Assembly: GCA_963736115.1 (NCBI GenBank) | Contig: CAVTNR010000016.1 | Location: 1 to 21,129, forward strand | Length of the DNA: 21,129 nt | From: an uncultured bacterium | GTDB lineage: Bacteria > Zhuqueibacterota > QNDG01 > DTFT01 | Reading direction: 5' to 3' | Part shown: one piece after another, positions 1 to 6,800 of the stretch | Position numbering within the stretch: the first letter of the stretch is position 1 | Layout: each line of letters begins with the position of its first letter | Notes under the pieces: model-generated | Told to the model about the DNA's origin: nothing | Database searches by the model: none | Seen by the model: the letters and a program-made list of their open reading frames with translations, nothing else | Made by a program: the position numbers and the translations under genes

Positions 1-96
1 AAGATGTGCGGACGGCAGAGGGATTTCTCGGACTGCACGCCCCTCCAAGAAGTCAAGACTGATTAGGGCACCGTCCGCACAATTGATGGGTTAGCA
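1..96 (-). repeat. attC site (partial; R' core lies just outside the window)
   Basis: R'' TGCTAAC on minus (gttagca at 90-96); arms GTGCGGACGG / CCGTCCGCAC; core 3-80 differs from the attC at 745-852 at only 2 positions. Confidence 0.92.
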
Positions 97-99
97 CCT

Positions 100-726
100 T
101 CAACTATTAAATGCTTCCCTTAATCGTTTGCTTGGATTATCGAAAATAACTTTCCCAGGGTCAAAATTATTTGGGTTGTAAGGGTGGTAATTTTTATGAT
201 GACCTTTTAGCCAACCAATAATATCTTTATATTCTTTATGTTTTGTATCATTTAAAACATCTAAAAGATGATAATATCCAGTCACACTTCCACAATCTTC
301 TGGTGGACAGGCTCGTTCCCCTGCAATGCATCTTGGATATTTTGCTTTTATCTCTTTTGTTAAAATATCCTCAAGAATTATTTCATGCTCCCAACAATCA
401 CCAAAGTCATATTCATAAAGTGATTTGTCTCCAGGTTTAATAAGATACTCGATAATTTTTGTTTCCCAGCCTGGTAATATTATCCTGTCATTCATCTCTT
501 CAAACATCTCATCATCTGGTATGCCAATCTCGACTTCATCGGGACTGATTCGTTTATTAAAAGTAAATTTATGAAGATGACAATCAAGCCATCCCATTGA
601 ATCCTGTATCGCTACATGGAGATCCCAAAAAGAATATTTCAACGGGACTTGGATTCGCCGCCAAATAGTTGGTGAAATATCTAGAAGCGATATCTTGAAT
701 TGCATTATTAAATTTTTATTAACCAT
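100..726 (-). CDS. Plasmid pRiA4b ORF-3 family protein (cassette)
   Basis: Family motifs IWRRIQVP, DLHVAIQ..MGW.DCHLHKF, YEYDFGDCWEH, GERACPPEDCG. Start placed at ATG 726 (GAGGA RBS); the ORF-track extension to 804 runs through the attC. Confidence 0.9.
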   Translation of the reverse strand: MVNKNLIMQFKISLLDISPTIWRRIQVPLKYSFWDLHVAIQDSMGWLDCHLHKFTFNKRISPDEVEIGIPDDEMFEEMNDRIILPGWETKIIEYLIKPGDKSLYEYDFGDCWEHEIILEDILTKEIKAKYPRCIAGERACPPEDCGSVTGYYHLLDVLNDTKHKEYKDIIGWLKGHHKNYHPYNPNNFDPGKVIFDNPSKRLREAFNS

Positions 727-744
727 GTATATTATCCTCTTAAG

Positions 745-852
745 TGCTAACGATGGTTGATGTGCGGACGGCAAAGGGATTTCTCGGATTGCACGCCCCT
801 CCAAGAAGTCAAGACTGATTAGGGCACCGTCCGCACGATTAACGGGTTATGA
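745..852 (-). repeat. attC site (108 bp)
   Basis: Minus strand: R'' TCATAAC (contains the TAA stop of the upstream gene), L'' AATCGTGC with extra C, L' GCACATC, R' GTTAGCA. Confidence 0.95.
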
Positions 853-1697
853 TCTCAAGGAATATTTCTCATCACTTTTATATAATTCTAATATGGCAAT
901 CTCCGGATAGCAATTAAATCGAACCGGATATATTGCCCAACCAATACCTCTACTTATAAATATATTAGTGGTACTTGTATGAATAAGACCACTTGTATAT
1001 TTTTTATTAACCACCGGTAAAATTGGTGGACCATAGAAGGGTATATTGACTTGCCCACCATGTGTATGACCTGATAATATTAAATCTATACGTGAATCAA
1101 ATTTGGTGTCTGCAGTATCGGGATTATGTGCGAGTAAAATTTTACAATCTTGTTCCGGAACATCGGCAAATGCCTTATCTGATTCCGAGCTTCGTCCTCC
1201 CATTGATCGCCGGCTCCACCAATCCAGATTCTTTTGTTTTTATATAATATCGGTCTTGCAGTATGTCTAACACATTGTCCGCTTTTTTTAAGCCAATAAA
1301 GTGATCTATCAAAATCACCCCAATGGTCATGATTACCTAATACACTATGTACGCCTAGATCAGCATGCAATTGTGATAAAATTGGCCAAACAATATTAAT
1401 TTGATTTGTGTTGTTCCTTTCATGAATATAATCACCAGTACAAACAATTAAATTTCCGTTAATCTGATTCGATCTTTGAATAACTGACTTGATCAATGAC
1501 TCCGGAACTAAAAATCCTAGATGCAAATCTGTTAGATGTACAATGCGGAAACCATTAAACTCTTCAGGTAAATTTGTAACCGGGATTTTATATGTATTTA
1601 TTAGGACTAAATATCTTTCAATAAAAATTGGATAGCTACATATCAACGCACCTATTCCACTACATATTCCAAGTTTTAAAAATCGTCTTCTATTCAT
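847..1697 (-). pseudogene. Calcineurin-like metallophosphoesterase (YkuE-like), frameshifted near 1180-1200 (cassette)
   Basis: N-terminal frame has MNRRRFLK, DLHLG, TGDYI, LGNHDH; C-terminal frame has LAHNPD, SGHTHGGQ, SRGIG..PVRFNCYPEI. The span is 851 nt, not a multiple of 3. True lesion or sequencing indel. Confidence 0.85.
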
Positions 1698-1725
1698 ATA
1701 ATTTTAAATTGCTATATTCAATAGA

Positions 1726-1832
1726 TCATAACGACAAGCATGAGCGTGCGGACTACGCGATTTTGCGGATTGCACAGACTCCAAGAAGCAACAATTGAGT
1801 AGGGCACCGTCCGCTCAATGCGTGGGTTCGGC
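1726..1832 (-). repeat. attC site (107 bp)
   Basis: Minus strand: R'' GCCGAAC, L'' CATTGAGC, L' GCTCATG, 6-nt spacer, R' GTTATGA; shares CGGATTGCAC and TAGGGCACCGTCCGC with the other copies. Confidence 0.9.
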
Positions 1833-1837
1833 GACCA

Positions 1838-2323
1838 TTAATACCATTTACCATTCCATTTTTTATATTCCAATATTCTTTTATTAATATAAACTCGAAT
1901 TCGTTTTGTGTTTAATATTTTAATAGTTTTTTTAATATCTTTTTGATCAAGAAGCTTTTTGATTTCGGCTATTTGAAAATCAATATTACCAGAACAGATA
2001 CTTTTTTCACTAATTGATAGGATAGAGATTTTATCAACATCCCAATCGGCCTCAGATGCTTGTAAGATGTAATAATTATCAACATTATTAGTCAGCCACA
2101 TAATTTTAGCCATTGCATAGATAGTCATCCAACCTTTTACTTCAATATATAGATATTTGTTATTCTTGGTTTTAATTCTGAAATCTACTCTATGATTTCT
2201 TTTTGAATTTGTTGCCCACGGATATGGTGGAGGAATTGGTATCATGCAATCATCATTATTTCGACTATAATTGATGTTATTTAACTTTAATTTCTTTTCG
2301 ATTGTTTCTTCTAACTTTGACAT
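1838..2323 (-). CDS. Putative PD-(D/E)xK nuclease, phage T7 endonuclease I-like (cassette)
   Basis: MSKLEETIEKKL...NHRVDF...YIEVKGW matches the SxLE / (P)DF / ExKG layout of this superfamily. ATG at 2323 follows an AGGG RBS-like motif. Confidence 0.65.
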   Translation of the reverse strand: MSKLEETIEKKLKLNNINYSRNNDDCMIPIPPPYPWATNSKRNHRVDFRIKTKNNKYLYIEVKGWMTIYAMAKIMWLTNNVDNYYILQASEADWDVDKISILSISEKSICSGNIDFQIAEIKKLLDQKDIKKTIKILNTKRIRVYINKRILEYKKWNGKWY

Positions 2324-2390
2324 GTTTACCCTATGAAAATAAATCAATGAGTACTCAATATTTCCTATTAAAATAATCTTTGCTTATACC

Positions 2391-2496
2391 GCCGAACAAA
2401 ATGATGTGCGGACGGCAAAGGGATATTTCGGATTGCACGCCCCTCCAAAAAGTCAAGACTGATTAGGGCACCGTCCGCACAATCTATGGGTTAGCG
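2391..2496 (-). repeat. attC site (106 bp)
   Basis: Minus strand: R'' CGCTAAC (contains the toxin TAA stop), L'' GATTGTGC, L' GCACATC, R' GTTCGGC; core has 3 mismatches to the attC at 745-852. Confidence 0.93.
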
Positions 2497-2748
2497 ATAG
2501 ATTTCTTTCCTATGACCAATTTTAATAACTGTAATTATCAGAACTGCATCATTTATTGAATAGATTATTCTATAATTACCAACTCTAATCCTATAATCTT
2601 CGCGATTAGTAAGCTTAATACTATCTTGAGGTCTAGGATTTAAAGATAAGGATTTAATTCTGTTTAATATTTTATATATATCTTTTTGAGGAATTGCGTT
2701 GAGTTCTTTTACGGCAGATTTTTTAAGTTCTACTTTATATTTTTCCAT
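2491..2748 (-). CDS. relE: Type II toxin, RelE/ParE family
   Basis: 85 aa basic protein with YKVELKKSAVKEL, NPRP, YRIRVGNYRIIYSI, KIGHRKEIYR; overlaps the upstream antitoxin by 14 nt. Confidence 0.92.
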   Translation of the reverse strand: MEKYKVELKKSAVKELNAIPQKDIYKILNRIKSLSLNPRPQDSIKLTNREDYRIRVGNYRIIYSINDAVLIITVIKIGHRKEIYR

Positions 2749-2968
2749 TGGATTTAAGATCCCTCAATACTTTTTCGAATGGGATATTAGATTCGTTCGC
2801 TCTTTCCTTAATAGAACGAATATCCTCTTCATCATCTGCAAATTCATTTTTAATAGCCTGGTCAATAAATTCAGAAATGGATTTATTGGTTACAGCAGCT
2901 TTTATTTTAAGGGCTTTATGAATATCTGGATCAAAATAAACTGTAGCCCGTTTATTTAACTCGGACAT
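2735..2968 (-). CDS. Antitoxin, CopG/ribbon-helix-helix family
   Basis: KRATVYFDPDIHKALKIKAA...SISEFI N-terminus and acidic C-terminus; GGAG RBS; directly upstream of the RelE-type toxin. Confidence 0.88.
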   Translation of the reverse strand: MSELNKRATVYFDPDIHKALKIKAAVTNKSISEFIDQAIKNEFADDEEDIRSIKERANESNIPFEKVLRDLKSNGKI

Positions 2969-3006
2969 TTCGCACTCCTTTGTATTAAATTATTGTGGAT
3001 TGACTA

Positions 3007-3035
3007 AATATAACGTTATAACGCTATGATGTCAA
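3007..3035 (-). promoter_or_regulatory. Cassette-internal sigma70 promoter of the TA operon with overlapping palindromic operator
   Basis: Minus strand TTGACA (3035-3030), N17, TATATT (3012-3007); palindromes ATAACGTTAT (3010-3019) and CGTTATAACG (3014-3023) overlap the -10 and spacer. Confidence 0.8.
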
Positions 3036-3047
3036 GATGTTTTATTT

Positions 3048-3154
3048 CGCTAACGATGGTCATCACTGCGCTGACGACGTTATTTCACGGCTTGCTCAGC
3101 GCATTTGCGGCCATACCAAAGTAGGATTCAGTCCACTCAAGCCGCGGGTTAGAG
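3048..3154 (-). repeat. attC site (107 bp), divergent, with poorly complementary arms
   Basis: Cores CTCTAAC / GTTAGCG at the family spacing; central motifs CGGCTTGCTCAGC and AAGTAGG align to the family, but the L-box arms do not pair well. Confidence 0.75.
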
Positions 3155-3203
3155 CCATATTTTATAGTAGCACATAATTAACTATAAACCCTTAAATGAA
3201 TAT

Positions 3204-3887
3204 TCAAGGATTCATGTTAATAAAATCATGATTTAAAATCAATTTAATACCTTCTTCTTTATATAGTTTTATGAGTTTATCCCATTTATTATCATCCATT
3301 AAGACAATACTATCGGTAATAATATTTACAGTATATCCTCGGTTTAGAGCGCCCTTTGCAGTATTATGCACACAGCCGGCAGCATCTAAACCGATAAGAT
3401 ATAATTCGTTTACATGATGATCAATGAAAAATTCCCCGAGTTTCGGATTTGAGAATGCATCGCTTCTAGGTTTTGGAAAAATATTACTGGAAATTATGTT
3501 TATTCTCTTATCGATTTCCGTCCCGGGATTTCCTTTTATGACTGTCCCTCCACCAATTAGATTTGATAATAGCTTACCCCAAAATCCTTCAAGTTCCTGT
3601 CGAATATATATTATTATGATATTTTTCTTGGTTGCTGCTTCTGTGATTGTATTTACTTTAGAAATCAGATTTTGAGAATCTTTATATGGAAATGGAGGCT
3701 TTGCTGTTGTACCGGTATAATCTTCCTGAATATCAATAACCAATACGGCCTTCTGCGGATCCTTATAGAGTTCGATTTTATTGCCCTGTGTCGGTTTTGA
3801 AATATACGTTTCAAGAATTATCAGAAGACCGATTATAAAAAGAATAAGGACGACTATTATAATTGATATTTTCTTTATCTTTCCCAT
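3204..3887 (-). CDS. Isochorismatase-family cysteine hydrolase with N-terminal membrane anchor (cassette)
   Basis: AVLVIDIQEDY, KPRSDAFS and IGLDAAGCVHNTA supply the D/K/C triad; hydrophobic helix at about residues 7-25; AGGAG RBS. Confidence 0.9.
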   Translation of the reverse strand: MGKIKKISIIIVVLILFIIGLLIILETYISKPTQGNKIELYKDPQKAVLVIDIQEDYTGTTAKPPFPYKDSQNLISKVNTITEAATKKNIIIIYIRQELEGFWGKLLSNLIGGGTVIKGNPGTEIDKRINIISSNIFPKPRSDAFSNPKLGEFFIDHHVNELYLIGLDAAGCVHNTAKGALNRGYTVNIITDSIVLMDDNKWDKLIKLYKEEGIKLILNHDFINMNP

Positions 3888-3906
3888 TGAATTCTCCTAT
3901 TTAAGG

Positions 3907-4011
3907 CTCTAACGATGGTCGTCACGGGCGGGCATGATAGCTATCGGATTGCACAGCCTTCGGAAAGTATAAACTGAGTAGTGCACCGTCCCGTGGACGA
4001 CAGTGTTATGC
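3907..4011 (-). repeat. attC site (105 bp)
   Basis: Cores GCATAAC / GTTAGAG; plus (bottom) strand TCGTCACGGGCGG pairs with CCG[T]CCCGTG[G]ACGA, leaving the canonical extrahelical G and T. Confidence 0.93.
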
Positions 4012-4212
4012 GATTTTCCTTTTCATTGTCTCAAATGAAAATTTCTGTATATTTGCTTTCTCAGCAGCATGCTCGACAGTCATGCTCACCAAATTACCTT
4101 CTTCGTCAATGTCAATGTAGATATTTTCAGATATTTCTTTTGTCTCTATTATAGCTCTGTCTGAAAATTCAAACAAAGCCGTATCTGTATCTTCAAAGTA
4201 TTTTACAAGCAT
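4006..4212 (-). CDS. DUF2283 domain protein (putative antitoxin)
   Basis: 68 aa acidic protein: VKYFEDTDT, ETKEISENIYIDIDEEGNLVSMTVEHA; GGAGG RBS; stop codon lies inside R'' of the attC. Confidence 0.85.
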   Translation of the reverse strand: MLVKYFEDTDTALFEFSDRAIIETKEISENIYIDIDEEGNLVSMTVEHAAEKANIQKFSFETMKRKIA

Positions 4213-4226
4213 AAAATTGTCACCTC

Positions 4227-4466
4227 CTATTTATTGAAATTTCGGTCAAAAAAAGCATTATGAATGGTTTCCTTGTCGTTTAGGATTATTATTCGAAGAT
4301 ATTTATGCTGTTCTTCAATCCAAGTCCACCTTCGAATTCTACCGTCAGATTGTAGCTCTTCATGTATAGGATTATAGAATGCTTCCTTAATCCATTCTTC
4401 TTTTATGTCGTGTCGGTCCGATCTGTTCCGAGTATAATGGAAATATTGTGTATATTTCATTTTCAT
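4227..4466 (-). CDS. DUF4258-like small protein (putative RNase toxin partner of DUF2283)
   Basis: 79 aa: IKEEWI, QSDGRIRRW, KYLRII, ETIHNAFFDRNF; directly upstream of the DUF2283 gene in the same cassette. Start could be 4466 or 4460. Confidence 0.7.
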   Translation of the reverse strand: MKMKYTQYFHYTRNRSDRHDIKEEWIKEAFYNPIHEELQSDGRIRRWTWIEEQHKYLRIIILNDKETIHNAFFDRNFNK

Positions 4467-4473
4467 TTATCTC

Positions 4474-4492
4474 GCATAACCTATTATTAGAT
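4474..4492 (-). other. Putative attI recombination site
   Basis: Minus strand ATCTAAT-AATAG-GTTATGC: degenerate L box, 5-nt spacer and GTT core (same layout as attI1 CCCTAAA-ACAAA-GTT), complementary to R'' of the first cassette, with no attC stem behind it. Confidence 0.7.
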
Positions 4493-4532
4493 GGAATCTC
4501 AGTGATCAACCATGTTTCCAATACCAGTAATA

Positions 4533-4603
4533 TTTTTCCTAATACTGGGAAAAAGGTGGTTTTTTCCTAATAGTAGGAAAAGGATTTTCCTATTACTGGA
4601 AAA
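4533..4603. promoter_or_regulatory. Three tandem palindromes TTTTCC-N7/8-GGAAAA (operator-like)
   Basis: Copies at 4533-4554, 4562-4581 and 4585-4603, with similar spacers TAATACTG, TAATAGTA and TATTACT. Confidence 0.6.
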
Positions 4604-4857
4604 CGGTAACAGGTATCCATCTATGCTCACCAAGTCCCAAATGTTCATGTATAGAGAAATATTTCGGGACCATACCGATAATAGTACCCGAGGAAATGCG
4701 AGAATGTAAAGGTTTTTCAGGGGGGAAAGACCAAGGTTTGGCATGCCGAATAGAGGATATCCAGCCGAGTATTCCGATTTCCCGACATCGAACGGTATCA
4801 AATCCCCCCCCGTATCGATTGAAAGGAACACTTCAGGTTGAATAAATAATTGTTTTT

Positions 4858-4886
4858 AATATAAAATAACAAATAGAATAAATCAA
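4858..4886 (-). promoter_or_regulatory. Candidate cassette promoter (Pc)
   Basis: Minus strand TTGATT (4886-4881), N17, TATATT (4863-4858), pointing at the attI-like site. The AT-rich context lowers specificity. Confidence 0.45.
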
Positions 4887-4965
4887 GCACATTCTTCTTT
4901 AGTAACACCTTCCCCCCCAATTCCTGGGTCGCTGTAACCTTTGAATAAACCCGCATAAGAGCATT

Positions 4966-5067
4966 GAAACCGTTAAAACGGGTTCGGGAGTTTTTTCGAT
5001 GTCTAACCCACGGCTGAAGCCGTGGGCTACTGCCATGGGATACTCCCATGAGCCACTGCCGGTGGCT
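4966..5067. repeat. Cluster of four hairpins including a GTAG-type REP
   Basis: GAAACCGTT-AA-AACGGGTTC (4966-4985); minus strand GTAG-CCCACGGC-TTCA-GCCGTGGG (5030-5007); CATGGGA-TAC-TCCCATG (5034-5050); AGCCAC-N5-GTGGCT (5051-5067). Confidence 0.7.
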
Positions 5068-5161
5068 GGGATTTATGATACGGGATAATCCGGAAATAAC
5101 CGAATACAATGGATCAAACGTAAGTCTTCAGGATGGCGTCAACCATCAGTTCCATCCCGAA

Positions 5162-5992
5162 TCACCGCTTCTTCCCTACCGCCTTGAAGAAAGTGTAGCA
5201 GAACACCCCATCCGGTTCGGAAGTCCGGTACAGGTCACGGATCCCCTGATCGAACTCCTCCTGTTTCATGAGGCCTGCAGCCAGGGCCGCAGTCCGCACG
5301 CCTTCAATCATGGCTGTGAATGTTTTACGTGTGAAGCCATCGACCATTCCGGGCCGGCTGGCGTCCGCGTAAACCATTCGCGGCGATACGGTGACCGATT
5401 CGAACCCGGCTTCCAGGAGCAGTGGGTACAATTCCCTTCCTAAATTCGCATTGCCGCCTGCGCGGCGCTGAAGTTCGACCTGGCATTGTATCGCGGCACT
5501 GGCATATCCGCTGTCCGGATGGAAATACGCGGAACCGTGGTCTCCCTCGATGACCGTGACCGTTCCCCCCGGCTTGAGCAGCTCCTTGAGTGACCGCAGG
5601 GCGCGCACCCGCTCGGGTATGTGCTCCAGAACGAAACATACAAAAATATGATCGAACGAGAAGAGTTTGAAAGGGGGGTGGAAGAGGTCGGCCCTGTGGA
5701 AACGGACGTTTTTCAGTCCCGCTTCAGCCGTTCTTCTCTCCGCTTCCCGGACCGAGACACCGGACAGGTCAAAGGAGATGATTTCCACATTCGGGCTGTT
5801 CCCGGCCAGAGTGACGGTCTGGGCGCCGACTCCGCAGCCGGCCTCCAGAACCAGGCTTCCCGGCGGGAAGGACGTGTCGGAATGGAGCAGTTCCACGAGG
5901 GTCGCCGCCTGGTCGCAGAGCCGGGTGTTTTCGGCCGGGTGATAGCCGTGTACGTAGGGTCGGGGCAATGCAGTGATTCCCTTCTGGTTCAA
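5162..5992 (-). CDS. Class I SAM-dependent methyltransferase
   Basis: VLEAGCGVGAQ motif I, FDHIFVCFVLEH, LKPGG. Exact start uncertain. Confidence 0.9.
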   Translation of the reverse strand: MNQKGITALPRPYVHGYHPAENTRLCDQAATLVELLHSDTSFPPGSLVLEAGCGVGAQTVTLAGNSPNVEIISFDLSGVSVREAERRTAEAGLKNVRFHRADLFHPPFKLFSFDHIFVCFVLEHIPERVRALRSLKELLKPGGTVTVIEGDHGSAYFHPDSGYASAAIQCQVELQRRAGGNANLGRELYPLLLEAGFESVTVSPRMVYADASRPGMVDGFTRKTFTAMIEGVRTAALAAGLMKQEEFDQGIRDLYRTSEPDGVFCYTFFKAVGKKR

Positions 5993-6071
5993 AACGATGC
6001 CGAAGCAAGGTCCTTCATGGGCAAAGCAAGGGAGCTGGACTCAGGACGACAACGCCATTCATCCCGATAGC

Positions 6072-6644
6072 TCATTCAATGAGTATGCCATATTTCCCCA
6101 GCAGGCCGGTCACATTCCGGAGCGAAAAGCGGGCTTTTTTCAGCTTGTTCCGCTCAGGATCGATGGAAAAGTTATAAGCGGTGCGGAAGTCCGCTTTCTC
6201 CAGAATCGTCCGGTTGAAAGCGGCCCTCTCGAGATTGCAGTTATCGAATATGGCTCCGGTCAGATTGGCTTCGATAAAATCGACTTCCTTCATGGAGCAG
6301 TCTTTGAACACGGCGTTGACGAGTTTCATTTGGTTGAACCTGGAAAAATCCAGAATGCACCCGTCGAAAGAAACCGAGAACAGGAGCGGATTGCAGTGCT
6401 GAAAATTCCATCCCAGCAGTTTGCAGGAATTGAAACGGCAGTCGTTCAGGGAGAGGTTCGCGTTTTTCGCCTGGCTCAGATTGCATCCAGTGAATTCGCA
6501 GGAGGAAAAGGACAGTTCCGACAGGTCGGTTTCCGCGAAATCGCAGTTCAGGAACCTGCAGTTTTCGAATGCCTCCTCTTTCAGCTGCGATTTGCCGAAA
6601 TGGATCTTCTCGAAGACCGCGTTTTCGACGATGGATTCTTTCAT
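6072..6644 (-). CDS. Pentapeptide repeat protein
   Basis: Continuous 5-residue repeats (FENCR FLNCD FAETD LSELS...); ends with FSIDPERNKLKKARFS. Confidence 0.92.
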   Translation of the reverse strand: MKESIVENAVFEKIHFGKSQLKEEAFENCRFLNCDFAETDLSELSFSSCEFTGCNLSQAKNANLSLNDCRFNSCKLLGWNFQHCNPLLFSVSFDGCILDFSRFNQMKLVNAVFKDCSMKEVDFIEANLTGAIFDNCNLERAAFNRTILEKADFRTAYNFSIDPERNKLKKARFSLRNVTGLLGKYGILIE

Positions 6645-6661
6645 CGGGGGATTCCAATCGG

Positions 6662-6769
6662 ATGCGGAAGGCGGAGCCTTCCGGGTGTTGCGCCCCAGGG
6701 CAGAGCCCTGGGGCTATACCGTTCCATCCACCCCGCCCTGGATTCCCGATAAAACAGCTCGGGAATGAC
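6662..6769. repeat. Composite REP-like element, copy 1
   Basis: Hairpins CGGAAGGC-GGA-GCCTTCCG (6665-6683) and GCCCCAGGGC-AGA-GCCCTGGGGC (6692-6714), then TGG-ATTCCCGA-N9-TCGGGAAT-GAC (6739-6769). Confidence 0.8.
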
Positions 6770-6800
6770 CCCGCCCCTTAATCCGATATTCGTTGTTGAG

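Larger units (their letters stand above)
1..4492 (-). mobile_element. Integron gene-cassette array (at least 6 cassettes, runs off the left edge), no integrase in the window
   Basis: Short AT-rich co-oriented ORFs separated by related imperfect inverted repeats bounded by ..AAC / GTT.. cores. Each cassette's two ends are complementary over 8-10 bp: 90-97/744-751, 846-855/1723-1732, 1826-1833/2390-2397, 2490-2497/3047-3054, 3148-3156/3905-3913, 4005-4013/4472-4480. Confidence 0.95.

Noticed and set aside
727-804. N-terminal extension of the pRiA4b ORF-3 gene to 804
   Set aside because: It runs through the attC and outside the cassette; ATG 726 has a good RBS.
2348-2357. Palindrome TGAGTACTCA in the nuclease cassette leader as an operator
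   Set aside because: Single 10-bp palindrome in AT-rich DNA with no clear promoter; could be chance.
1-2496. Near-identical ~90-bp repeats read as a CRISPR array or ncRNA genes
   Set aside because: The repeats are too long, are separated by whole genes, and have attC core and L-box architecture; no cas genes are present.
4533-4603. Triple palindrome as a mini-CRISPR
   Set aside because: Units are separated by only 3-7 bp, so there are no spacers.
4499-5109. Short ORFs 4499-4831, 4512-4709 and 4798-5109 as an integrase remnant or real genes
   Set aside because: No tyrosine recombinase motifs in the frames examined; they translate palindromes and promoter-like DNA.
6072-6644. Calling the pentapeptide repeat gene qnr
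   Set aside because: It lies outside the cassette array and repeat pattern alone does not show quinolone protection.
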